DNA from: an uncultured Candidatus Saccharimonadales bacterium
GTDB lineage: Bacteria > Patescibacteriota > Saccharimonadia > UBA4664
Direction of reading: 5' to 3'
Assembly (NCBI GenBank): GCA_964609585.1
Contig: CAZSRA010000005.1
Coordinates: 2,502-66,501 of the forward strand
Length of the DNA: 64,000 bases
Positions within the stretch are counted from its first letter, which is position 1, and every line of letters begins with the position of its first letter. The notes beneath the pieces are model-generated. The model was not told the origin of the DNA. It saw nothing but the letters and a program-made list of their open reading frames with translations, and did not search any database. Shown piece by piece: positions 8,494 through 17,282 of the stretch. A program made the position numbers and the translations under genes.

Positions 8494-10314
8494 GTGTTCT
8501 GGATCGCAGGGTACCATTCGTCCGATCATGCTCCCGCCAAGCAGCGACCGCGAGCAGGAGTTCTTCGACTGGGGGCCCGGGACTCCTGGTGGAGCTGTGG
8601 CTATCCCGATAGGTCCATCCGACAGGTACAAAACCAAACCTGTACCATGTTCGTGGTCGGCGACTGCCTCGCAACTGACGAAGAGCTGGAAACTTCACTG
8701 TCCAGCGCCGAAAAAGGCGCCTGGATGAACCTGATGATGTGGCCCGGGAATTACACTGTCGTCGTTTCGAGAGCGAGCAACACGACAATCCTTGGTGACC
8801 TGTCTGGAGTCAACCGGGTATACTATGCTCGTCATCAGGATGGTTGGTGGTGGTCGAACACAGCGAAGCCATTGGCAGCCTTGATTGGTGATGAGGTTGA
8901 CTTGACCTTGCTCGCCCTCGACATCAGCGTCTATGGCATCGACCTGTTCAACGGGAGAGCCCCATTCCGGCGAGTAGCCGCCATCCCTCCAGGGTCGGCG
9001 TTGCAGTTTAAGGATGGTGAGCCCTCCGTAATCCAGTGGTATGAACCAACGTACACGACATCTTTCTCGGCAACGGCGGAGGCTCTTCGAAACGCACTTC
9101 TTGACTCAACCAGGCGAAGAAGCCTCCTGGAAGGAGACGTTATATCCGGTGATTTGTCCGGTGGCTTCGATTCCAGCGGCGTACTAGCGGCGATGAGCCA
9201 AGAAAGATCAACCGTCGGCGTTACTCATGTGCACCCCTTGCTCAGCGATGAGGATGCACGATATGCAAGAAGAGTGGCCGAGGCCTGTAGCATTCGACAG
9301 ATCGTGGCTCAAGGAGATCAGTCTACCTTGCATTATGGTGGGTTGGACGACCCTGCGAGACTGCCCGTGACTGATCTTCCAGCCGCGGATGTCTTTTTGG
9401 CGAACTACAACCGGCAAAAGCTTCAGTTTGCTGCTGAAGCTGGAAGCCGCCACCATCTCACCGGTGCAGGAGGTGACTCCATGCTCGATGCATCCAGCAC
9501 TAGGATCGCGGATCAAATCATGATGGGCGACTGGGCGGGAGCGGTGAGGGCAACTTTCTTTATGGCCCACCGAACCGAATGTCCTCCATGGCGCATTGCT
9601 CGAGCCATGTGGATACTTGCTCATACCTCACATGAGCAGTCGCTCCGAGAGGTAGCTCGGTCCCTACCGGTTGTTCAGCCATACCTGGGCAGACACAAGC
9701 CGTGGGAGCACATAGCTTGGCACCTCCCTTCAACCGGCGCGAACTGGCTTACGGCCAACGCCGCTCAAGAAGTAGCCAAGCTTATGCGTGGACTGCTTAG
9801 AGATATGCCAGGTAGTTGGGCGAAGCGGCCAGGAGAGTTCCATGACTGGACGGGACTTCTTCGGACGGGCATAGAGAGAAAGTCGACGGTGGAACAGGCC
9901 CGCTTGCTCGGCATTACCATACACGACCCTTATCTCGATGCCCAGGTGATCCGGTGCTGCATGGCATTGCCGGGCCATATCCGGACATCGGGTGCTGGCT
10001 TTAAGCCGCTGCTATCTGCAGCGCTACCGAGCGTAATCCCGCCATTCTTGGCCGCGCGAACGACCAAGGGATCCTTCACGAGGATGATGTATGCAGGCAT
10101 CAAGCTGAACGAGCCTTGGCTGCATCAGCTCATCTCATCCTCGACGCTCATAGAGAGTGGGGTGATCAGGAAAACCGCAGCAGAAGAAACACTGAGACGC
10201 GCAGTCCATGGGCTAAATGCTCCTTTCAGAACGTTGCACCAATTCGTAGCAACGGAAATATGGCTGCAAGGCTTGGTGCTAGCAGAAAAAGATTGGTGGG
10301 AGACGAATAGATGA
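8494..10314 (+). CDS. lasso peptide isopeptide-forming cyclase (asparagine synthetase B-like, C protein)
   Basis: Contains the PP-loop ATP-pyrophosphatase motif SGGFDSSGVLAAM and an AsnB-like C-terminal half. The true start is probably the internal Met MFVVGDCLATDE at about nt 8647. The gene abuts the precursor and the B1/B2 genes. Confidence 0.8.
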   Translation: MFWIAGYHSSDHAPAKQRPRAGVLRLGARDSWWSCGYPDRSIRQVQNQTCTMFVVGDCLATDEELETSLSSAEKGAWMNLMMWPGNYTVVVSRASNTTILGDLSGVNRVYYARHQDGWWWSNTAKPLAALIGDEVDLTLLALDISVYGIDLFNGRAPFRRVAAIPPGSALQFKDGEPSVIQWYEPTYTTSFSATAEALRNALLDSTRRRSLLEGDVISGDLSGGFDSSGVLAAMSQERSTVGVTHVHPLLSDEDARYARRVAEACSIRQIVAQGDQSTLHYGGLDDPARLPVTDLPAADVFLANYNRQKLQFAAEAGSRHHLTGAGGDSMLDASSTRIADQIMMGDWAGAVRATFFMAHRTECPPWRIARAMWILAHTSHEQSLREVARSLPVVQPYLGRHKPWEHIAWHLPSTGANWLTANAAQEVAKLMRGLLRDMPGSWAKRPGEFHDWTGLLRTGIERKSTVEQARLLGITIHDPYLDAQVIRCCMALPGHIRTSGAGFKPLLSAALPSVIPPFLAARTTKGSFTRMMYAGIKLNEPWLHQLISSSTLIESGVIRKTAAEETLRRAVHGLNAPFRTLHQFVATEIWLQGLVLAEKDWWETNR

Positions 10315-10616
10315 GATACACGGCATCGAGACATGTACGACAAGTCGAATTCGAAGACGGATCGGTAGTACTGTGGAACCTTGCGGTTCGAAGGGGGAAC
10401 AATACACTGTTGCTGCCTCGAGGGGCGGCGGCCGTCCTCTGGAATTCCCTTAAAGGAGGTGCGTCTGTCGAAGAGGCCATAGAGACTCTTCAGACTCGGT
10501 ACAGTGTCGATAGGAGTCGGCTCGAAACCGATCTTCAACCGATCATCCAAAGTCTGCTAAAAAACAAGATGCTCGTCGATCCCTCACGTGTCCAAAGATG
10601 GTGGAGATTAGCGTGA
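10311..10616 (+). CDS. lasso peptide B1 protein (PqqD-family RiPP recognition element)
   Basis: 101 aa with the PqqD/RRE pattern FEDGSVVLWNLAVRRGNNTLLLPRGAAAVLWNSLKGGASVEEAIETLQTRYSV. Its ATG overlaps the stop of C in an ATGA arrangement, indicating translational coupling. Confidence 0.75.
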   Translation: MRYTASRHVRQVEFEDGSVVLWNLAVRRGNNTLLLPRGAAAVLWNSLKGGASVEEAIETLQTRYSVDRSRLETDLQPIIQSLLKNKMLVDPSRVQRWWRLA

Positions 10617-11032
10617 CTCTGTCCATGATCGAGCGCGACAATAGCTCTGCTGGGCTGTCGCTGCAAACCAAATGCCTGGGGATTATCGGCGCCATAGGGG
10701 CGCTTTTCGTTCTCCTGGCTCCCCTCCCTGTAGTCGAAGCATGGCTGAAGTGGCTTCGCAAGAAGACTAAGCCGGCCAAAGCAACTGAGACCGAAGAGCT
10801 GATCCGGGCAGTTCGGTGGGCGATGCGATTCTATCCCGGTAGGTTCGACTGCCTGCAAGTGCCACTGGGTGCTTGCATGGCCGGAGCACTAAGAGGCCGC
10901 ATGCCTACATGGTGCATCGGCGCTAAACTGAACCCTGTGGTTCAACATGCCTGGGTAGAGGCAGAGGGCCGGCCTGTCGCCGAGCCCGAGGCAGGATCCG
11001 ACTGGCCCTACAAAGCGGCAATCAGGATTTAG
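10598..11032 (+). CDS. lasso peptide B2 protein (transglutaminase-like leader peptidase)
   Basis: Contains RFYPGRFDCLQVPLGACMAG...WCIGAKLNPVVQHAWVEAEGRPV, i.e. the Cys and His (HAWVE) core of the lasso B / Transglut_core3 family. It overlaps the B1 stop; an alternative GTG start at 10613 would give a GTGA overlap. Confidence 0.8.
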   Translation: MVEISVTLSMIERDNSSAGLSLQTKCLGIIGAIGALFVLLAPLPVVEAWLKWLRKKTKPAKATETEELIRAVRWAMRFYPGRFDCLQVPLGACMAGALRGRMPTWCIGAKLNPVVQHAWVEAEGRPVAEPEAGSDWPYKAAIRI

Positions 11033-11152
11033 CCGCGATCACTAGCTCTGGCTTTTAACTAATTGCTAGAGCTGGCTGGGACCTCCGGCTGCAGAGCTGG
11101 AGGTCCCGGAGCCAATTATTCATGATTTTATGATTAGTATAGGATGGAATAT

Positions 11153-12283
11153 TTATCTAATAACCGCTGCAACGGCCGCAGCGAGGCCAGGCGTGAAGGC
11201 GCCGGGAATAACTTCGCCCGGGGTTGGTGATACTACGAGCTTGGCTAAGACTTCGGCGGCAGCTATTTTATGGGCATCGGTGATGGCCGTAACGCGATGA
11301 TCGAGCGCGCCGCGGAAGATTCCGGGGAAAGCTAGAGAGTTGTTTACTTGATTAGCGAAGTCGCTGCGGCCAGTGGCTACGACGGCGGCACCGGCAGCCC
11401 TGGCGATATCGGGCATTATTTCTGGGACAGGGTTTGCCATGGCGAAAATTATAGGATTTTTGGCCATGGTCTTGATCATTTGGGCCGTGAGAACGCCGGG
11501 CTGCGAAACCCCAATAAAAATGTCTGCCCCGCGGACTGCTTCGGCCAAGGAGCCGGGGCGAGGCATGCGATTGAACGAAAGAAGAGTTTGTTTTTCGGAG
11601 CTGAGATTGGTGCGATCGTGGCTAACAATCCCCCGGCTGTCGACGGTGATAATGTCGGAGCCGGCATATAGATGAATGAGCTTGGCGATGGCGACCCCCG
11701 CGGCTCCGGCTCCGGACAGCACAATTTTGCTTTCTGAGAGCGGTCGGCCGGTGATTTTTGCGGCGTTGATGAGACCGGCTAGAACTACTACTGCGGTACC
11801 ATGTTGGTCGTCGTGCATTACGGGGATGGAGAGTCTGGCTTTTAGCCGTTCTTCGACTTCGAAACAAAGGGGCGCTGCGATGTCTTCGAGATTGATGCCG
11901 CCAAAACTGGGCGCAATGGCGGTAACCGCAGCCACGATTTCGTCGGCAGTATGGACGTCTAACACAATTGGCACGGCGTCGATGCCAGCAAAATGCTTAA
12001 ACAGCATGGCCTTGCCCTCCATCACGGGGAGCGCACCGAGAGGGCCGATGTTGCCGAGGCCGAGCACGGCTGAGCCATCGCTAACGACGGCCACATTGTT
12101 GCCGGTCCAGGTGTAGTCGCCGGCCTTTGAAGGATGGTTTGCAACATAGGTGCTGACGGCCGCAACGCCAGGGGTGTAATAAAGACTGAGTTTTTCGCGA
12201 GTATCAGGGGTGTCCTTGAGGCGGATTTCGATTTTGCCTTTGAGCTTTTTGTGCTGGGTAAGTGATTTTTTGCTGTAATCCAT
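11153..12283 (-). CDS. NAD(P)-dependent malic enzyme (short form)
   Basis: Motifs YTPGVAAVS, VVSDGSAVLGLGNIGPLGALPVMEGKAMLFKHFAGIDAVPI and the NAD-binding GAGAAGVAIAKL. The start taken is MDYSKK at 12283; the ORF track extends to 12328. Confidence 0.85.
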   Translation of the reverse strand: MDYSKKSLTQHKKLKGKIEIRLKDTPDTREKLSLYYTPGVAAVSTYVANHPSKAGDYTWTGNNVAVVSDGSAVLGLGNIGPLGALPVMEGKAMLFKHFAGIDAVPIVLDVHTADEIVAAVTAIAPSFGGINLEDIAAPLCFEVEERLKARLSIPVMHDDQHGTAVVVLAGLINAAKITGRPLSESKIVLSGAGAAGVAIAKLIHLYAGSDIITVDSRGIVSHDRTNLSSEKQTLLSFNRMPRPGSLAEAVRGADIFIGVSQPGVLTAQMIKTMAKNPIIFAMANPVPEIMPDIARAAGAAVVATGRSDFANQVNNSLAFPGIFRGALDHRVTAITDAHKIAAAEVLAKLVVSPTPGEVIPGAFTPGLAAAVAAVIR

Positions 12284-12375
12284 GCAGATATTGTAGCGCA
12301 TGTCGATGTGCGAGCGGCCGCAATTCAATTTAACTTATGTATAATAATAGTTAGTTTAGCTTTTGAGGATGAAGT

Positions 12376-12753
12376 GTGAAGCAGTATCAAATTCTCTTAG
12401 TGGAAGACGAGAAGCCATTGGCTCAATCGTTAAAAATCAAGCTTGAACAAGCCGGGTTTACGGTAGTGCTAGCCCATAACGGTCATGAGGGTTTAGGGTT
12501 TATGGATCAGCGAACCTTCGACCTTATTCTTCTTGATTTGGTGATGCCGGTGATGGACGGGTTTGAAATGCTTGAAGAGCTTAAACGGCGAAAAAATAAA
12601 ATACCAGTTATTGTTACCACCAACCTCAGTCAGGGCAAAGATCTCCAGCGAGCCAAGAGTCTTGGAGCTACCGATTATACCGTGAAAGTAGATACTCCAT
12701 TGAGGGTGATTGTTGAACGAATTAGAGAAGAGCTGGCTGCTGGGGGCGAGTAA
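12376..12753 (+). CDS. single-domain response regulator (CheY-like receiver)
   Basis: Shows the REC pattern LLVEDE...DLILLDLVMPVMDG...PVIVTTNLSQ...GATDYTVK. GTG start. Confidence 0.8.
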   Translation: MKQYQILLVEDEKPLAQSLKIKLEQAGFTVVLAHNGHEGLGFMDQRTFDLILLDLVMPVMDGFEMLEELKRRKNKIPVIVTTNLSQGKDLQRAKSLGATDYTVKVDTPLRVIVERIREELAAGGE

Positions 12754-12768
12754 CTAATTAGGAGTATT

Positions 12769-13440
12769 ATGCAAGCAACTCAGATTACAAAAGATACATG
12801 GCAGCAAAAATGGCTTACTCGAGGCTTTATTTGCATGGTATTGCTTGTGGTTTTTTTCGTTGGACAAGGGGTCGCACAGCTTGCGACTACCGGCTCATAT
12901 AGTGCAAAAGATCAGTCTATTAGTGCGCTGGGTATTACAGCGTGTGGTAATTATCAAGAGCCTCAGACAAAGCAGTGGTTTTACCTTTGCTCTCCTCTGC
13001 ATATTGTTATGGACGGAACATTCGTAGCATGCGGCATTCTCATAATGCTTGCGACGATGCTCGCTATTGGGCCGCTTTGGCCTGGGCGTAAGTTGCGGAA
13101 GGCGGGTTTGGTTTTGCTATTTTTTGGAGGGATTGAGGAGGTTGTTGCAGGGTTTTCGCCGCTCAATTTAGCTCCTTTTTTGCATAGCCTATCGGGCGGG
13201 CTTGCAATTACGGCCCTCAACCTTGGCCTGATTCTACTTGGCTTTGCGGGGCTTAAGAAGCAGCCTGGATTGGGGTGGTTTGCGCTTGCGAGCGGGGCTA
13301 TTGGCGTATTTGGCCTGATGATGAGCGGCACGCCGCCTTACGTTGGGCTTGGATATGGGGGATGGGAGCGGGTCGCCGGATTTGCTTTTGTGATATGGAG
13401 CGTTGCGATGGGGACTTATTGGTTGCTAAGGCAGCGATGA
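12769..13440 (+). CDS. hypothetical integral membrane protein
   Basis: 223 aa with about 6 TM helices; 16 nt downstream of the response regulator. Confidence 0.5.
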   Translation: MQATQITKDTWQQKWLTRGFICMVLLVVFFVGQGVAQLATTGSYSAKDQSISALGITACGNYQEPQTKQWFYLCSPLHIVMDGTFVACGILIMLATMLAIGPLWPGRKLRKAGLVLLFFGGIEEVVAGFSPLNLAPFLHSLSGGLAITALNLGLILLGFAGLKKQPGLGWFALASGAIGVFGLMMSGTPPYVGLGYGGWERVAGFAFVIWSVAMGTYWLLRQR

Positions 13441-13511
13441 GCCAAATTACGACGCGGGTAGGGATGATGTAATATATGGAGTTTGAACTACGATGATCCT
13501 GCCGCTCTATG

Positions 13512-15698
13512 TCATTTGGATGCCGTAGGTGCCTCGGGTGCAAGCAGCACTACGGGTTTGGCGGAGGTTGAAGTGCTCTCGCCACTAATTTGATCCGCGC
13601 TAATTTCCTGAGCCGTCGCTACCTTGAGCGCAAAGGCAAACGTAGTCCCCTTACCCAACTCAGACGAAACGAACCGCACATTTCCGCCCATACCTTTGGC
13701 GATTAATTTGGCAATGTATAATCCGAGACCGGTTCCTTTGGCGGTATCACGCGTCAAAATACTATCTGCGGCCTGTTGGAACTTCTGGAACAAGAGTTTT
13801 TGATTTTCGGGGCTGATGCCGCGACCGGTGTCGGCTACGAAAGTTTCAATGAGATCGTCGGTCCGTTTAAAACTAATGGTAATTCCGCCCTTATCGGTAG
13901 ATTTAAGCGAATTACTTAAGAGGTTGCCAAAGATTTGTTTAATCCGGTCTACATCGCCGCTGACGAGCGGGAGGGGTTCGCTTGGTTTTTGGACTGTTAG
14001 CGTTAGGCCGTGCAGGATGCCGGCTCGTTCTTGCTCGCCAACTACCTCTAGCGCTAGCATTACGATGTCGATGGGGTGGCTAGCATACTTTACCTTCCCG
14101 AGCTCTAGGCTCGACATGTCTAGGAAGTCGTTTACGATGGCGATCAAGCGTTTACTAGAGTAGTCGATGTCGTCCATCATTTGGCGCAGGTCGGGGTCTT
14201 CAAGCACTTTTGTGTACATGGTTTTAACGAGAGAAACATTGCCCATGATGGCGGTGAGCGGGGTGCGCAGTTCATGAGAGGCGATGGAGAAGAATTCGTC
14301 GCGTGAACGCTGCAGCATTTTTTGCTCGGTTTCGTCGGAGATAAGGACTACGACTCCAATTGCTTGGCCGTCGATGCTGACGGGGGAGAAAAATAAAGTA
14401 TAGAATTTATCGCCGAATGCGATTTCGCGGGCTTCGGATGAAGTTTGATTTTTAAAACACTCTTGGACTTTGTCGCCCACATTGAGCCCTTGGGCCTTCG
14501 AAAATATTGATGTGAGATTGGCACTGGCCTCGGGCAACGAGGGGTCTATACCCAAGAGTCGGCGGGCGGCGCCGTTTAGAGTGATTATATTGTTATTTCG
14601 ATCGGTCATTATAAAGCCTTGGGTTAGGCTCAGGACCGAAGCAATGAGGCGCGTCCTGGACTCTAGGAGGCTGCTGGTCATTTCATTGAAGGCTGTGCCC
14701 AGGACTCCGATTTCGTCGTTTGACTCCACGCGGACTCGCTGCTTCAGGTCGCCGCCTTGGATTTGTTTTACGACCTGGGTGAAACGCAAGATAGGGTTAG
14801 TGATAAACCTTGACAGATATAGAGCCGCAAAGCTTGCTAAGATCGTGGCTAGAACGAGCACTTCGATCAGGGTGTTGCGCATTTTAATGAGCGGGGCGTC
14901 CACTTCGGCGGTATCAATTTTTACCACGAGCGTCCAGTCGGTTGCGGGGATATCTTTTGTGCTTTGGATGATGCTGTGACCGCGATAATCGGTAGCGTAG
15001 CCAGGCGAATTGGGGCTCGCGGTCAGAGCGGCTCCCAGATTGAAGCGCAAGGGAGTGAGGTATTGAAAAGCGCTGGTGGAACCGCGTCTCAGGAGATAAG
15101 ATTCACCCGTAACGCCAAGCTCAGAATAATCTTTGGTGACATTTAAATATGCAGCTGAGGTGGCTTCTACGATCACCACTCCCAGCGCTTGCCCTCCCCA
15201 TGAAAGCGGCGCAGCTAGGTACTGATCGAGATTACCGGCGGCGTTCTTAAAAAAGATGTTGCTGCTGGGCGCCTTGAGGCCGGCCGAAAGAACCTCTGTA
15301 TTGCCGTAATTTTGTCCTATGGCCGCGCGGTCGGTGGACGCCACAACAAGACCCGAAAGGTTAACGACGTGAATCCGGTGAAATGTGTCTTGGGCAGCCA
15401 GGATGTCGCTGAGCGATTGACTCAGGCTCGCCTGGAGCCTTGGGCTTGGAGCTTGCTCATATTGTTGGAGCAAGATGCGCAGTTGAGCTTTGTTTTGGAC
15501 AGTATTGAGCTCGGCCATGTTTTGGTCGTTTATAGTTTCAATACGGCTCAGCTGATGCTGAGCCGTATTGTTTATACGAACTTGAATCTGATCTTGCAAA
15601 GCACTCTCGCTTGTCCTGAAGGTGATCAAACCAGCACCAATGAGCGGCAGTAATGATACGCCTAGGATAATGAGGAGGAGCTTGGCAAAAATCTTCAT
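13512..15698 (-). CDS. sensor histidine kinase (signal anchor, extracytoplasmic sensing domain, HAMP, PAS-like, HisKA, HATPase_c)
   Basis: HisKA H-box SHELRTPLTAIMG and HATPase G-boxes DTGRGISPEN and GTGLGLYIAKLIAKGMGG. The N-terminus begins with TM helix MKIFAKLLLIILGVSLLPLIGAG. Confidence 0.85.
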   Translation of the reverse strand: MKIFAKLLLIILGVSLLPLIGAGLITFRTSESALQDQIQVRINNTAQHQLSRIETINDQNMAELNTVQNKAQLRILLQQYEQAPSPRLQASLSQSLSDILAAQDTFHRIHVVNLSGLVVASTDRAAIGQNYGNTEVLSAGLKAPSSNIFFKNAAGNLDQYLAAPLSWGGQALGVVIVEATSAAYLNVTKDYSELGVTGESYLLRRGSTSAFQYLTPLRFNLGAALTASPNSPGYATDYRGHSIIQSTKDIPATDWTLVVKIDTAEVDAPLIKMRNTLIEVLVLATILASFAALYLSRFITNPILRFTQVVKQIQGGDLKQRVRVESNDEIGVLGTAFNEMTSSLLESRTRLIASVLSLTQGFIMTDRNNNIITLNGAARRLLGIDPSLPEASANLTSIFSKAQGLNVGDKVQECFKNQTSSEAREIAFGDKFYTLFFSPVSIDGQAIGVVVLISDETEQKMLQRSRDEFFSIASHELRTPLTAIMGNVSLVKTMYTKVLEDPDLRQMMDDIDYSSKRLIAIVNDFLDMSSLELGKVKYASHPIDIVMLALEVVGEQERAGILHGLTLTVQKPSEPLPLVSGDVDRIKQIFGNLLSNSLKSTDKGGITISFKRTDDLIETFVADTGRGISPENQKLLFQKFQQAADSILTRDTAKGTGLGLYIAKLIAKGMGGNVRFVSSELGKGTTFAFALKVATAQEISADQISGESTSTSAKPVVLLAPEAPTASK

Positions 15699-15713
15699 TG
15701 AAGAATGGTACTG

Positions 15714-16907
15714 CTACTGGCTGGTGAGAACAAATTTACCGCCCTGAATGGTGTAGACATTGTATCCGCCACCAGCCAAGTCGCCGTTGGCATCAAACTT
15801 GATTTCGCCGGAGGCGCCTTGGAAATCGACTGCGGGCAAGGCCTTGCGGATTTCGTCACCGGTATTTGCGCCAGCTTTAATTACTCGAGCTAGAGCCATA
15901 AAGGCGTCGTAAGCTTGTGCTCCGGTGGCATTGGCTGGCTCGGAACCGTAAGCGGCCTTGTATTCATCGAGGAATGATTGGTTGCCCGGGGTAACTCCAA
16001 CGACGGTCATGCCCTCACCGGCTGCGCCAACATCGGTTATGAAGTTGACATCCTTAAGGGCGTCGGAGCCGTATACGGGGATGTTCGAGCCGAGCTGCTT
16101 GGCCTCGACCATGATGGCGGCACTGGCGGACTCATCTTCACTCACGATGTAGAGGGCGTCGGGTTTGGCTGCAAGTATTGTTTGGAGTTGGGTCTTAAAT
16201 TCGGTATCGGTGCTTTTGAAGGAGGTGTTGGAGGTTACCATTCCGCCAAGCTTCTTAAAGGCGTCTTGAGCGACTGCATCGAGCCCAGTACCATAGGCCT
16301 CCTGTCCGTACATGATGGCCAGTTTTTTCACCCCTTTGCCATACATTAGCTTGGTGACGAATACGCCTTGATGGCTGTCCGTGGGATAGGTGCGGAAGAA
16401 GAAGTCGTTGGGGATACTAAGCGCCGGGCTGCTAGCCGAGGGGCTTAAAAGCAATACCTGCTTTTGGTTGGCGATGGGCAGTGCGGCTAAAGTTGAGCCC
16501 GAGCAGGTATCGCCGATGATGGCAACTGCCCCTAATTTGGCCAATTCTTTGGTGGCATCGGCCGCTTTCGTGGCATCACACACGGTGTCGCGAACGTAAA
16601 CTTGGAATGTTAGGCCGTCTTCATTAAAGTCGTGCTGGGCTAACTCAACACCGTGTTGAAATACCTGGCCATAATTGGCTAAGTCGCCGGTGAGGGGAGC
16701 CATGAGGCCAAGCTTGATCGTACGGTTGGTGACCGGGGCTTTGGTTGCTGGCTTCGTAAGTAAATAGCCTCCCAGACCGGCTAGGCCGGCTAGTATTACC
16801 CCTCCAATTACCAGTCCTGTGATGTTGCGTTTTTGTGCTGGGCCGCTGGACGACCCAGGACTATTTGTATCTGTACCGTTTGGTTCAGACTGCATTTCAT
16901 TTGCCAC
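15714..16907 (-). CDS. ABC-type substrate-binding protein, branched-chain amino acid (LivJ/LivK, Peripla_BP_6) family; no cognate permease or ATPase in the window
   Basis: Pattern IKLGLMAPLTGDLANYGQ...GAVAIIGDTCSGSTLA...VLLLSPSASS with an N-terminal TM anchor. It lies directly downstream of the histidine kinase on the same strand. Confidence 0.75.
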   Translation of the reverse strand: MANEMQSEPNGTDTNSPGSSSGPAQKRNITGLVIGGVILAGLAGLGGYLLTKPATKAPVTNRTIKLGLMAPLTGDLANYGQVFQHGVELAQHDFNEDGLTFQVYVRDTVCDATKAADATKELAKLGAVAIIGDTCSGSTLAALPIANQKQVLLLSPSASSPALSIPNDFFFRTYPTDSHQGVFVTKLMYGKGVKKLAIMYGQEAYGTGLDAVAQDAFKKLGGMVTSNTSFKSTDTEFKTQLQTILAAKPDALYIVSEDESASAAIMVEAKQLGSNIPVYGSDALKDVNFITDVGAAGEGMTVVGVTPGNQSFLDEYKAAYGSEPANATGAQAYDAFMALARVIKAGANTGDEIRKALPAVDFQGASGEIKFDANGDLAGGGYNVYTIQGGKFVLTSQ

Positions 16908-17282
16908 ATTTGTGCCTTTTTACTGACTGTATAGTACTTATGCTTGCCGATAAGTACAATAGGCGAAAAGAGCAACCTTGAGGTCATGCTCATTGGGGAC
17001 ATACAAAAAGCCCCTGTGGATGGGGCTTTTTGGAGTAACTTGTCCCGGCAGTATAGCGAGACCAATACTTATCCAGCTTTGTTCGGCGCACTTGCGTCCG
17101 ACGATGGTCATCATCAGCGAACTTCGTCAGATGAAGACTTAAAAGACAACTCCTAAGTCTAAGGGCGACATATGCAGATGCACATGTCGCCCGTCGAGTG
17201 CCCTCAATGAGGCACGGATGCGTTATTTAGTTTTTCATTATTCGAGGATTGCCTCCAGTTCAAGATTGTCGGCGGCGCCGGC

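Noticed and set aside
11033-11152. Lasso-cluster ABC exporter (D gene) downstream of B2
   Set aside because: The next gene is the convergent malic enzyme, so there is no room for an exporter. The cluster is of the minimal A-C-B1-B2 type.
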